Source: Bacillus subtilis subsp. subtilis str. 168
Lineage (GTDB): Bacteria > Bacillota > Bacilli > Bacillales > Bacillaceae
Length of the DNA stretch: 32,000 nt
Assembly (NCBI RefSeq): GCF_000009045.1
Contig: NC_000964.3
Span: 3,990,001-4,022,000 of the forward strand
Direction: 5' to 3'
Shown: positions 16,987-25,986 of the stretch, one piece after another
Layout of the letters: every line of letters starts with the position of its first letter
Numbering within the stretch: position 1 is the stretch's first letter
Notes under the pieces: generated by a model
Told to the model about the DNA's origin: nothing
Databases searched by the model: none
The model's input: the letters and a program-made list of their open reading frames with translations, nothing else
Position numbers and translations under genes: made by a program

Positions 16987-17658
16987 TTATTGATAAATAG
17001 AGGCTGGCACCTGCACATCCCGGATTCCCGCTGCATAAGGCCCCAAGTCATACTGGCCGAAGACGATGGCGATCCCGTTTGCCGTAAAGTAAAACATTGT
17101 GTCTCTGTTTAGGGTTATATCCTCTTTCTTTACATCAGAGAAAAACAGCACATCGTGTTTTTTGATATAGCTATATAGGTAATCTCTCGTTTTGCTGACT
17201 TTTGTTTTGGTGTTCAGAATCTGATCCAGCGTCACCCGCTTTTGTGCTTTCAAGTCATAGTTGAAGGACTGGACAGACGTTAGACCGTGGGCGCCCCCTG
17301 AATAGATATAATTGAGTGTTTGAATGCTGAGCTTGCCTGCCGCATTGTATTTGACGCTGAAGGATGTTTGATATTCCCGTTTTAAAGCCCTGCTGTTCGC
17401 CTGCTTTTTTGTTTTTCAGGTATTCCTGATACGATTGTTCATGTAGGCTTTCAGCTCTTGATTGATTTTCTTTTCAAACGCGGCATTCCCGACGTGATGC
17501 ACTTGTGGATACGTTAACTCCTTGATCTTTTTGTACGTATGGGTGCTGACAGTCGGTGTTTTCGCTTGAACTGCTTTTAAAGATGGGGCCGCATATGCAA
17601 ATACAGAAAAAAGCAAGACTGCAATGCCCGCGGCTTTCAGCATGTTATTCCATTTCAT
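16987..17658 (-). pseudogene. Disrupted gene for a secreted DUF4163/DUF3298-like (PdaC/RsiV-type) protein. The signal-peptide half (17416-17658) and the C-terminal half (16987-17415) share one frame and are separated by TGA at 17416-17418.
   Basis: AGGAG RBS plus ATG 17658 gives MKWNNMLKAAGIAVLLFSVFAYA (a signal peptide). After the TGA the same frame continues ...EYQTSFSVKYNAAGKLSIQTLNYIYSGGAHG...FGQYDLGPYAAG, the DUF3298 signature. The track start of the second half is a TTG with no RBS. Confidence 0.7.
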
Positions 17659-17770
17659 ACAATCTACTCCTTTGATGTCGTTGTTTATCATTCCCTTATT
17701 TAAGCAATACACACTTTTATAGACTGATTAAATCGAAAGAAGTTTCTAGGTCTAACAGCATGATTTTTCC

Positions 17771-17801
17771 AATAAAAAAAGAGACACAGGATGTCTCTTT
17801 T
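17771..17801 (-). terminator. Terminator (bidirectional in form) after the 96-aa gene
   Basis: AAGAGACA (17779-17786) and TGTCTCTT (17792-17799), flanked by an A-run and a T-run. It starts 3 nt after the stop codon. Confidence 0.8.
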
Positions 17802-17802
17802 T

Positions 17803-18093
17803 TTACTGTTTGCGCCCAGAAATCGCTTCATGAAGGGCTTGTGCCAAATCTGTATTTCCGAACATCTCTAATACCGCAATGACAGTCTGGTCCGGAATGT
17901 GCTCTGCTTCGTGTTTTGGCACGACCAGATCGTCCATGGTTTTTTTCAAGCTTTCATTCAGCTTTTGCTGCGGATACGCTTTGGCGTACAGCTCCATCGG
18001 ATCAAGATCATGGTTCACGCACCACTGGGCAAACACCAAAATCATCATATTTTCATCGCGTTCGTAAGCTTCAGTGAGCTGTTTTTCGTTCAT
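17803..18093 (-). CDS. Hypothetical 96-aa acidic protein immediately downstream of katE
   Basis: ORF with an AAGGAG RBS 7 nt upstream of ATG 18093. I recognise no motif. It lies only 49 nt after the katE stop. Confidence 0.65.
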   Translation of the reverse strand: MNEKQLTEAYERDENMMILVFAQWCVNHDLDPMELYAKAYPQQKLNESLKKTMDDLVVPKHEAEHIPDQTVIAVLEMFGNTDLAQALHEAISGRKQ

Positions 18094-18142
18094 TTGTCAT
18101 GCTCCTTATGAAAAGTATCTTCCTTAAAGATACAGGAGCCGA

Positions 18143-20203
18143 TCAAATTCGTCTATCCCAATGGCGATGAGCAGCAACCGCATCGATAAATGCCTTGCTG
18201 AAAGCGGTGTAGTCAGGTTCATCTTTAGCCGTTACGATGCCTAGCCCCTCTGTTGTCCCGACAGAGGATTGAAGAAGGTCAATTCCTTCATTTGCCGCAC
18301 CGATCGCCTTGTAGTGATTGTAAGCTTCTCTGATAAACGCCATCGCTTGTTTGTTGTCTTTTAACTCCAGTCCTCCTGCGGCATAGACGGCATCATACAG
18401 AACAGAATCAACCGTCAGGAACGTGCCGCTGGCCTCAAGCTGCTGTCCGCTGCCGCTTGTCATATACCCCAGATTTTGACTGATGATATCCACTGTGATT
18501 CCTTCTTGCTTTAAGGCTTCCAGTACTGTTTGCAGCTCTTTTTCATGAAATCCGTTTCCGGCGAGTACAGCGACTTTTCTTGTTGACGCGGTTTTCACTG
18601 TACGGGCTTGGCTTAACGCAGGCGAAGTAAGAATTTCTTTAGATGCTTTACGCTTCGCGGGCGCCGCCACGCCTACTCCTTTGGCGATTTCTTCTGCTAA
18701 ATCTGCATCGACATTGCTGAAGACATCAACGACCTGCCGCTGTACGTCTTTGCTTTTGACCTTCCCGACCTCGAAGCAGAAAGCAGAAATGATGTGCTGT
18801 TTCTCCACAGGAGACATGCTGTTCCAGAAAAGCTTCGCCTGTGAGTAATAATCGTTGAAGCTGTCGCTTCGCTGGCGGATTTTTTTGCCCTCGACTTTTT
18901 CCTGATAGTGGACGTAGCCGCCTTCTTCAGCTGTCGCAGGCGACGGATCATTGTTTTGCAGTGAGTTTTTATGATAAGCGACAGGTCCCTTATTGATCGT
19001 CATCCGGTGATAGCCGTCGTATTGGTTGTTATGGAATGGACAGACCGGCCGGTTAATCGGAATCTCATGGAAGTTCGGGCCGCCAAGACGGATGAGCTGT
19101 GTATCCGTATAAGAGAAAAGCCGCCCCTGCAATAGCGGGTCATTGGTAAAATCGATGCCCGGCACGACATTTCCCGGGTGGAATGCGACTTGTTCTGTTT
19201 CCGCAAACACATTATCCTGATTGCGGTTCAGCGTCATTTTTCCAATGATCTTCACCGGCACAAGCTCTTCCGGCCACAGCTTAGTTGGGTCAAGAATATC
19301 AAAATCAAACTTGAATTCATCTTCCTCATCAATCATCTGCACGCCGAGCTCGTATTCAACCTTGCCGCCGTTTTCAATTGTTTCCCACAGGTCACGGCGG
19401 TGGAAATCTGGATCTTTCCCGGCAATTTTTTGCGCTTCATCCCATACGAGAGAATGCACGCCGAGCACCGGCTTCCAGTGAAATTTCACGAAACGTGCCT
19501 TTCCTTGTTCATTGACAAAACGGAACGTGTGAACGCCGAAGCCTTCCATCATTCTGTAGCTGCGCGGGATGCCTCTGTCAGACATCGTCCACATCACCAT
19601 GTGGGCAGACTCAGGGTTATTGGCGACAAAATCCCAAAATGTATCGTGAGCAGTCGCAGCCTGAGGCATTTCATTGTGTGGCTCAGGCTTAAACGCGTGA
19701 ACCAAATCCGGAAATTTGATTGCGTCCTGAATGAAAAACACCGGAATGTTATTTCCCACAAGGTCATAGTTTCCTTCTTCAGTATAAAATTTTGTCGCAA
19801 AGCCTCTGGCATCCCGCACCGTGTCTGCGGAGCCTTTAGAACCCGCAACCGTAGAAAAACGGACAAATACCGGTGTCTTCACCGAAGGGTCCTGAAGAAA
19901 TTTGGCCCGTGTGTATTCCGTCATTGGTTCGTAAACCTGAAAAAAGCCATGCACGCCAAATCCGCGCGCATGCACAACGCGCTCCGGAATCCTCTCATGG
20001 TCAAAGTGCGTCATTTTCTCCCGGAAATGAAAATCCTCCATCAGCGTCGGGCCGCGAACCCCGGCTTTTAACGAGTGCTCATCCTCTGACACTCGCAAGC
20101 CTTGGTTTGTCGTCATTTTCTTCCCGCTGTTATCGGTCCTGTACTGCTCAAGCTGCTCGTCCTTTGAGTGTTCATTTACACGTTTGTTTTGGTCATCACT
20201 CAT
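18143..20203 (-). CDS. katE: Large-subunit (HPII-type) catalase, 686 aa, with a C-terminal DJ-1/PfpI-like domain
   Basis: Catalase core ([30 protein letters not shown]) plus a C-terminal extension of about 150 aa typical of clade-2 catalases. GGGGGAG RBS upstream. Confidence 0.95.
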   Translation of the reverse strand: MSDDQNKRVNEHSKDEQLEQYRTDNSGKKMTTNQGLRVSEDEHSLKAGVRGPTLMEDFHFREKMTHFDHERIPERVVHARGFGVHGFFQVYEPMTEYTRAKFLQDPSVKTPVFVRFSTVAGSKGSADTVRDARGFATKFYTEEGNYDLVGNNIPVFFIQDAIKFPDLVHAFKPEPHNEMPQAATAHDTFWDFVANNPESAHMVMWTMSDRGIPRSYRMMEGFGVHTFRFVNEQGKARFVKFHWKPVLGVHSLVWDEAQKIAGKDPDFHRRDLWETIENGGKVEYELGVQMIDEEDEFKFDFDILDPTKLWPEELVPVKIIGKMTLNRNQDNVFAETEQVAFHPGNVVPGIDFTNDPLLQGRLFSYTDTQLIRLGGPNFHEIPINRPVCPFHNNQYDGYHRMTINKGPVAYHKNSLQNNDPSPATAEEGGYVHYQEKVEGKKIRQRSDSFNDYYSQAKLFWNSMSPVEKQHIISAFCFEVGKVKSKDVQRQVVDVFSNVDADLAEEIAKGVGVAAPAKRKASKEILTSPALSQARTVKTASTRKVAVLAGNGFHEKELQTVLEALKQEGITVDIISQNLGYMTSGSGQQLEASGTFLTVDSVLYDAVYAAGGLELKDNKQAMAFIREAYNHYKAIGAANEGIDLLQSSVGTTEGLGIVTAKDEPDYTAFSKAFIDAVAAHRHWDRRI

Positions 20204-20244
20204 GTCTGCTCCCCCTTTTTAAAACGAAACATTCTACAGCACAT

Positions 20245-20270
20245 TTACCCGTGGCGTTCTTCATATAAAC
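20245..20270 (-). promoter_or_regulatory. Sigma-B promoter for katE (GTTTAT-N14-GGGTAA)
   Basis: On the minus strand, GTTTAT (20270-20265), a 14-nt spacer and GGGTAA (20250-20245) match the sigma-B consensus GTTTAA-N12-15-GGGWAW. The element lies about 40 nt upstream of the ATG. katE is an established sigma-B general-stress gene. Confidence 0.8.
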
Positions 20271-20357
20271 TGCTAATCCGCTCATTAGGATTTTTGGTCT
20301 ACATATAAATATGCGGTCATACACATTTGAAATAAGCCTTCTTCACAGAAAGAAAGG

Positions 20358-20372
20358 ATGGAAGCGCTTACC
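20358..20372 (+). promoter_or_regulatory. Candidate catabolite-responsive element (cre) upstream of citH
   Basis: ATGGAAGCGCTTACC compared with the cre consensus WTGNAANCGNWNNCW shows one mismatch, at the last position. It lies 32-46 nt upstream of the citH ATG. Confidence 0.4.
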
Positions 20373-20403
20373 AAAAAAGCTGTTGAATAGGGGAGGTCAT
20401 ATC

Positions 20404-21684
20404 ATGCTTGCCATACTCGGTTTTGTGATGATGATTGTCTTTATGTACCTTATTATGTCTAACCGGCTTTCCGCTCTTATTGCTTTGATTGTCGTTCCTA
20501 TTGTGTTTGCCCTGATCAGCGGATTTGGCAAAGATCTCGGCGAGATGATGATTCAGGGCGTTACAGACCTCGCCCCTACCGGTATCATGCTGTTATTCGC
20601 CATCCTGTATTTCGGCATTATGATTGACTCAGGCCTGTTTGATCCTCTCATTGCCAAAATCTTATCGTTTGTCAAAGGAGATCCGTTAAAAATCGCCGTA
20701 GGCACAGCGGTTCTGACCATGACCATTTCGCTGGACGGAGATGGGACAACAACCTATATGATTACCATTGCAGCGATGCTGCCTCTCTACAAACGGCTCG
20801 GCATGAACCGTTTGGTGTTAGCGGGAATAGCGATGCTTGGTTCGGGGGTTATGAATATTATCCCGTGGGGCGGGCCGACTGCGAGGGTTTTGGCTTCCTT
20901 AAAATTGGACACGTCAGAGGTCTTTACACCGCTGATTCCCGCTATGATCGCCGGCATTCTCTGGGTGATCGCCGTTGCTTATATCCTCGGAAAGAAAGAG
21001 CGGAAGCGGCTCGGCGTCATTTCGATTGATCACGCACCGTCTTCCGACCCGGAGGCCGCACCGCTCAAGCGTCCCGCTCTTCAATGGTTTAACCTGCTGC
21101 TGACTGTCGCTCTGATGGCCGCACTGATCACCAGCCTGCTGCCGCTCCCTGTTCTTTTTATGACTGCGTTCGCCGTTGCCTTGATGGTTAACTATCCAAA
21201 TGTCAAAGAGCAGCAGAAACGAATCTCGGCGCATGCGGGTAATGCGTTAAACGTTGTCTCAATGGTGTTTGCTGCGGGCATATTCACAGGCATTCTCTCC
21301 GGCACAAAAATGGTGGATGCCATGGCGCATTCTCTCGTTTCACTCATCCCTGATGCCATGGGCCCGCACCTGCCGTTGATCACTGCGATCGTCAGCATGC
21401 CCTTCACCTTTTTCATGTCGAATGACGCCTTTTACTTCGGTGTCCTTCCCATCATCGCCGAAGCCGCTTCCGCTTACGGAATAGACGCCGCTGAAATCGG
21501 GAGGGCCTCCTTGCTGGGGCAGCCTGTGCATCTGCTCAGCCCGCTTGTGCCTTCCACCTATCTATTGGTAGGAATGGCAGGCGTCAGCTTTGGCGACCAT
21601 CAAAAATTCACTATTAAATGGGCCGTGGGAACAACGATTGTGATGACCATTGCGGCGCTTTTGATTGGGATTATTTCTTTCTAA
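20404..21684 (+). CDS. citH: Divalent-metal:citrate/H+ symporter (CitMHS family)
   Basis: The track ORF opens at 20311. ATG 20404 follows GGGGAGG by 6 nt and begins the first TM helix MLAILGFVMMIVFMYL (426 aa). Confidence 0.9.
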   Translation: MLAILGFVMMIVFMYLIMSNRLSALIALIVVPIVFALISGFGKDLGEMMIQGVTDLAPTGIMLLFAILYFGIMIDSGLFDPLIAKILSFVKGDPLKIAVGTAVLTMTISLDGDGTTTYMITIAAMLPLYKRLGMNRLVLAGIAMLGSGVMNIIPWGGPTARVLASLKLDTSEVFTPLIPAMIAGILWVIAVAYILGKKERKRLGVISIDHAPSSDPEAAPLKRPALQWFNLLLTVALMAALITSLLPLPVLFMTAFAVALMVNYPNVKEQQKRISAHAGNALNVVSMVFAAGIFTGILSGTKMVDAMAHSLVSLIPDAMGPHLPLITAIVSMPFTFFMSNDAFYFGVLPIIAEAASAYGIDAAEIGRASLLGQPVHLLSPLVPSTYLLVGMAGVSFGDHQKFTIKWAVGTTIVMTIAALLIGIISF

Positions 21685-21800
21685 ATGTATGAGCTTGATC
21701 GTAGCATTGAGTGAGTACGTGATTTACAGAGGGGAGAAGATCAAATAGGATATTATGAGTGAATAGAAGATTCATGCCAACAACTTCTCATTACAATCAT

Positions 21801-21831
21801 AAGAGCCTGCTATATTGCAGCAGGCTCTTTC
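21801..21831. terminator. Hairpin terminator shared by the convergent genes citH and bglS
   Basis: AGAGCCTGCT (21802-21811), 7-nt loop, AGCAGGCTCT (21819-21828). The U-tracts are short on both strands. Confidence 0.6.
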
Positions 21832-21841
21832 ACATTTGGCA

Positions 21842-22570
21842 TTATTTTTTTGTATAGCGCACCCAGTCATAATGAGCGTATAGCGGATTTACACCATTGT
21901 AGGAGCCAAGCCATTCATCGACACCCGTGCCATTCCACAAGTTCATCATGATCTTTCCAGGTGTTGTCGGAATTTGGTTTGTTGCAGTATGTTTTAATTG
22001 CCCGTCGACATACCATTTAATAGAGTTTGGCTGCCAATCGAATGCATACGTATGATAGGCATTGGCTGCATCAAACCCGAGATCAACAATCTTCTCATGG
22101 TTTCCTGCACCATTTGTATAATAGTTAAATTGAACCTTCGTTGTGTCTTTTCCTAAAAATTCGATATCAATCTCATCCCAAGGAGTTCCATCTGTTGGAC
22201 CTGTGTAAGTGAAGAACGATGAAACGATCCCTGTGTTTTTAGCTGGTTTCATTCTGACTTCATAAAGTCCATAGCCATATGTTTGAACAGAACGGTTTTC
22301 CCCGCAGTCAAACTTGTTATAAGCTGGGCTTGTTAGCGCTAAACGCATTTCACCCAATGACGTCATTGATACGTTATTAGCCCGCCACGTGCAGTTGAAC
22401 ATATTTCCATTCGAATAACCATCTGCTTTTTGCCAAAAACCGGAGTTATAGCCGTTAAAAGGGTCAAAAAACGATCCACCTGTTTGAGCTGAGGCAGTAG
22501 CAGTGACTGCAAACAAACTCATAAACAATCCAGTGACAAGAAGCAGCAACACTCGTTTCAGATAAGGCAT
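21842..22570 (-). CDS. bglS: Secreted endo-beta-1,3-1,4-glucanase (lichenase), GH16
   Basis: 242 aa, with a signal peptide (MPYLKRVLLLLVTGLFMSLFAVTATASA) and the GH16 catalytic motif EIDIEF. Confidence 0.95.
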   Translation of the reverse strand: MPYLKRVLLLLVTGLFMSLFAVTATASAQTGGSFFDPFNGYNSGFWQKADGYSNGNMFNCTWRANNVSMTSLGEMRLALTSPAYNKFDCGENRSVQTYGYGLYEVRMKPAKNTGIVSSFFTYTGPTDGTPWDEIDIEFLGKDTTKVQFNYYTNGAGNHEKIVDLGFDAANAYHTYAFDWQPNSIKWYVDGQLKHTATNQIPTTPGKIMMNLWNGTGVDEWLGSYNGVNPLYAHYDWVRYTKK

Positions 22571-22717
22571 ATTGGCATTCCCCTTTCATTGAAAGCGTTT
22601 TCTATGTTGATCTTACATGATTCTTTTAAAAGGGAACATCGGTCAAAATAATGATAATATCGAATCTTACTAACTTGAATCCTGTAACTATCATCATCTT
22701 CCCTCTGAAAAAAATAA

Positions 22718-22800
22718 AAACCTAAATTACCATCAGCACAGACAGAGATGATCCGCACTCATTGCAATTTAGGTTTTGCCTGCTTTATCAGTAACAATCC
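22718..22800 (-). promoter_or_regulatory. LicT-responsive RAT (ribonucleic antiterminator) overlapping an intrinsic terminator in the bglS leader
   Basis: On the minus strand, GGATTGTTACTGATAAAGCAGGCAAAACCTAAATT (22800-22766) is a BglG/SacY-family RAT. Its 3' half (AAAACCTAAATT) is also the 5' arm of a terminator closed by AATTTAGGTTTT plus TATTTTTTT (to about 22718). Confidence 0.88.
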
Positions 22801-22851
22801 TACCATTTTCATATGTGAATGTAAGAAAAAGTGAACACAAGGAAACACAAA

Positions 22852-22866
22852 TGTCAGCGCTCTCAT
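22852..22866 (-). promoter_or_regulatory. Candidate cre site at the licT stop and the start of the bglS control region
   Basis: On the minus strand, ATGAGAGCGCTGACA has one mismatch to WTGNAANCGNWNNCW. It overlaps the last base of the licT TAA. Confidence 0.4.
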
Positions 22867-23699
22867 TATGCTTGTTTAACTACCCTTTCTATGTGAATGG
22901 TTAAATACAGCAGCTCGTCACTTGTGAGCTTGTGCTCATACTCCCGCTCAATGTAGGTTTGGATTTTCTTCGTGCATTCATACGCGCGATGATACTTTTC
23001 TTTCACTGTATCCAGCAAAAAATCGTCCTGGCTTTCCATGTGAGTGCCGTTAAATAGACGCTGCGCGAAAAACTTTAAGTGGGTGACGAACCGATAATAG
23101 TGAAGCGATTCTTCGTTGAATTCAATCTTAAAATGGTATTTTACAATACTCAAAATCTCTTGCATGACTTTTGTAATGTTGATAATATTGGGCATCTCTT
23201 CATTCAGCTCGGCATTTACAATATGCAGAGCAATAAAGCCTGCTTCATCCTCTGGCAGAGACACACCAGTCTTGTTTTTTACCATAACCAACGCTTCTTT
23301 GCCGATCGCAAATTCGTCTTTGTAGAGCCGTTTTGTTTCCCACAGCAAGGCGTTTTTGATATCAAGCCCTTTCTGGTTGCGCTGGATGGCAAAGTTAATA
23401 TGGTCGGTCAGCGACACATAGATGCTGTCGTTGAGCTTTTTGCCGAGCTGTAATTTTGCGTAGCTGATAATCTCTTCGGATACTTCCATACACTCGATCG
23501 GTATATCATACAAAAGGGTTTTGAACTTTTCTGATACATCCTTGTTATCGAGCGTGAACACTTTCTCAATGCGGGCTTCATCGACATCATCGCCGGACTT
23601 TTTCTGAAACGCGAGCCCCCTGCCCATGACGACCAATTCTTTCCCCTGTTCATTGACCACGCTGATCACATTATTGTTGATCACCTTCGCAATTTTCAT
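22866..23699 (-). CDS. licT: BglG/SacY-family transcriptional antiterminator (CAT RNA-binding domain plus PRD1 and PRD2)
   Basis: ATG 23699 (MKIAKVINNNVISVVNEQGKELVVMGRGLAF, the CAT domain) follows GGAGGG by 8 nt. The TTG at 23714 used by the track lies inside the RBS. 277 aa. Confidence 0.93.
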   Translation of the reverse strand: MKIAKVINNNVISVVNEQGKELVVMGRGLAFQKKSGDDVDEARIEKVFTLDNKDVSEKFKTLLYDIPIECMEVSEEIISYAKLQLGKKLNDSIYVSLTDHINFAIQRNQKGLDIKNALLWETKRLYKDEFAIGKEALVMVKNKTGVSLPEDEAGFIALHIVNAELNEEMPNIINITKVMQEILSIVKYHFKIEFNEESLHYYRFVTHLKFFAQRLFNGTHMESQDDFLLDTVKEKYHRAYECTKKIQTYIEREYEHKLTSDELLYLTIHIERVVKQA

Positions 23700-23740
23700 G
23701 GCATGTCCCTCCAAATCTACTAAGAACAGACTATATCTTG

Positions 23741-23768
23741 ATTGTACATTCTTTTTGTACTAGGTCAA
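23741..23768 (-). promoter_or_regulatory. Sigma-A promoter for licT (TTGACC-N16-TACAAT)
   Basis: On the minus strand, TTGACC (23768-23763) and TACAAT (23746-23741), about 40 nt upstream of the licT ATG. Confidence 0.55.
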
Positions 23769-23794
23769 TATCATCAGGGAAAGACGGAAGCTGG

Positions 23795-24475
23795 TCAGTA
23801 CAATTCACTCCGTACCTGCTGCCCGGGCTGTTTTTGAAGCAGCGCCTCCAGATGGCGTTCAAATGATGCCTTGTCAGCTTTCTGCTTTTTGACAATGCTG
23901 TTCATGATTTTAATGCTTTCAGCACTGTATTGTGTATATTGTTTTTTCAGCTGATCCAGCTGCTGTCTTGTCTTCTTCGCGTTTTTCGGTGTGACTTGGT
24001 TGATGAGTTTGATCATACTGTCTGCGGTCTCAAAAAAACCGGCTCTATTTTCTGTCAGCTGCTGAATTTCGATGCGGCTCATATCTTGATTACGCGTTTT
24101 TTGAAGCAAGGCAACCGCCTCGCTGTTTTGTTTTTTGAGCGATTTGTTCTCAAGCTTAATCGATTCGAGATTCTCCTTCGCAATGTCTGCTTCTTCTTCA
24201 GTCATGCTGATTCGCACGAAGTATTCTGGATTGCCGATTCCATAATCAAATGCTTCGCTCACTTGTATCATGGAACTGAACACAATGGCCAGCTGCCTGT
24301 CGCTTGCGAGGGCTTGGAAATCCTGCTTTTTCTTACTGCTCATCGGTTTGGCTGCGGTTTGTTTTACTGTCTTTTGATCACAGTCTGCGAACATCTGAGC
24401 CTCACCTTCACTTTCGCATGCGCTCATCACAAGAACTGTGACCAGCAGGCTTATACACAAGCCTATTCGCCTCAT
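23795..24475 (-). CDS. yxiP: Lipoprotein with a long coiled-coil-like, K/Q/E-rich body
   Basis: ATG 24475 follows GAGAGGAGA by 6 nt and gives MRRIGLCISLLVTVLVMSAC, a lipobox with Cys at position +20. The 14-codon N-terminal extension in the track is unlikely. Confidence 0.8.
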   Translation of the reverse strand: MRRIGLCISLLVTVLVMSACESEGEAQMFADCDQKTVKQTAAKPMSSKKKQDFQALASDRQLAIVFSSMIQVSEAFDYGIGNPEYFVRISMTEEEADIAKENLESIKLENKSLKKQNSEAVALLQKTRNQDMSRIEIQQLTENRAGFFETADSMIKLINQVTPKNAKKTRQQLDQLKKQYTQYSAESIKIMNSIVKKQKADKASFERHLEALLQKQPGQQVRSELY

Positions 24476-24681
24476 GCTCTGTCTCCTCTCTGCTGAATCC
24501 CTTCTGGAAAATACCATAAAATATAGTTAAATGGTACCAGATGCACCTAACCCCAGCAATAAATCAAAAGTATGATTTGAAGCGAAAAAACATAAATATT
24601 TTGTAAAAATTGACGTGCATTCCATTCTTTTCAGGCCCATTTCTCGTACAATAGAAGTATCGTTACCGGAGAGGGGCTCTG

Positions 24682-25968
24682 ATGATGAAACGTTTTACGA
24701 AACAAGAAAACAGCTGGGTGTTATATGACTGGGCAAATTCAGCTTACTCAATTGTCGTGACCACCGCGGTATTTCCGTTATTTTATAAATCAGCAGCTGC
24801 GGAAAGCGGTGTCAGCGCCGCTCAATCGACTGCCTATCTGGGCTATACCATTGCGATTTCAACGTTTATTCTTGCGATGCTCGGCCCTATTTTAGGCACA
24901 ATCGCCGACTATGAAGGGTGCAAGAAAAAGTTCTTCGGTTTCTTTGTGTCAGCCGGTGTCGCCAGCACCGCGATGCTCGCCTTTATCCCTAGTGAACATT
25001 GGCTGCTATTGTTGCTGTTTTATACGGTATCGGCTATCGGTTTTTCCGGCGCCAATGTGTTTTATGATGCCTTTCTCGTGGACGTCACGCCTGAGAAGCG
25101 GATGAATCTCGTCTCGGCACGGGGTTTTGGCTTAGGATACATTGGAAGCACGATTCCATTTATCATCAGTATTGCTGTCATCCTGCTCGCACAAGCAGAG
25201 ACTATTCCAGTGTCTGTATCGGCCGCAAGCCAGCTGTCCTTCTTCATAACGGCTGCCTGGTGGGGGCTGTTCACCATCCCAATGATTAAACATGTCCATC
25301 AACGCTATTACATCAAAAAAGAACCTCATATTGTCATCAACAGCTTTAAGCGGCTCGGCCAAACGATGAAACGGATCAGGCAATACCGGGCACTTTTCCT
25401 CTTCTTGCTCGCTTATTTCTTTTATATCGACGGAGTCGGCACGATTATTACGATGTCGACATCCTATGGATCAGATTTAGGGATCGGCTCCTCAAGCCTT
25501 CTGATCATCCTATTTGTCACCCAGGTAGTCGCCGCGCCGTTTTCGATTATATACGGAAAACTGGCAGAACGCTTCACGGGGAAGACCATGCTGTACGTCG
25601 GGATCGTCATTTATATGATCGTCTGCGTGTATGCCTATTTTATGGAGACAACGCTTGATTTCTGGATACTGGCTATGCTTGTCGCCACCTCGCAAGGCGG
25701 TATTCAAGCCCTAAGCCGTTCCTATTTCGCCAAGCTTGTGCCAAAGCGCCACGCCAATGAATTCTTTGGCTTCTACAACATTTTTGGAAAATTCGCCTCA
25801 ATTATGGGGCCGCTGCTCATTGCCGTTACCGCCCAGCTGACCGGTAAATCCTCGACTGCGGTGTTCAGCCTGATCATTTTGTTTGTGATTGGTATTGTGA
25901 TTCTTGCCTTTGTTCCCGAGGAAACCAGCACAGATGTCAGCCAGCAGCAAAATGACCTGCCCCTTTAA
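24682..25968 (+). CDS. yxiO: MFS transporter (UMF1/Atg22-like subfamily)
   Basis: 428 aa, about 12 TM helices. GGAGAGGGG RBS 5 nt upstream. Confidence 0.85.
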   Translation: MMKRFTKQENSWVLYDWANSAYSIVVTTAVFPLFYKSAAAESGVSAAQSTAYLGYTIAISTFILAMLGPILGTIADYEGCKKKFFGFFVSAGVASTAMLAFIPSEHWLLLLLFYTVSAIGFSGANVFYDAFLVDVTPEKRMNLVSARGFGLGYIGSTIPFIISIAVILLAQAETIPVSVSAASQLSFFITAAWWGLFTIPMIKHVHQRYYIKKEPHIVINSFKRLGQTMKRIRQYRALFLFLLAYFFYIDGVGTIITMSTSYGSDLGIGSSSLLIILFVTQVVAAPFSIIYGKLAERFTGKTMLYVGIVIYMIVCVYAYFMETTLDFWILAMLVATSQGGIQALSRSYFAKLVPKRHANEFFGFYNIFGKFASIMGPLLIAVTAQLTGKSSTAVFSLIILFVIGIVILAFVPEETSTDVSQQQNDLPL

Positions 25969-25986
25969 CTGGGAGCAGGTCATTCA

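Noticed and set aside
19178-20071. 297-aa + strand ORF inside katE
   Set aside because: It is antisense to the 686-aa catalase frame. The translation is Arg/His/Phe-rich nonsense with no RBS. Long antisense ORFs are expected opposite long genes with biased codon usage.
20311-20403. 31-codon N-terminal extension of citH in the ORF track
   Set aside because: The extension has no RBS and contains the cre-like site. ATG 20404 has a GGGGAGG RBS and starts the first TM helix.
22558-22758. 66-aa minus-strand ORF in the bglS leader
   Set aside because: It spans the RAT/terminator and overlaps the bglS start. It has no RBS, and the region is accounted for as a regulatory RNA leader.
23079-24496. + strand ORFs 23079..23453 (124 aa) and 23930..24496 (188 aa)
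   Set aside because: They are antisense shadows of licT and yxiP respectively. They have no RBS and low-complexity translations.
25954-25981. Imperfect hairpin (TGACCTGC/GCAGGTCA) at the yxiO stop, between the convergent genes yxiO and dbpA
   Set aside because: The stem is only 8 bp, with no U-tract on either strand. It may help termination, but the support is too weak to call it a terminator.
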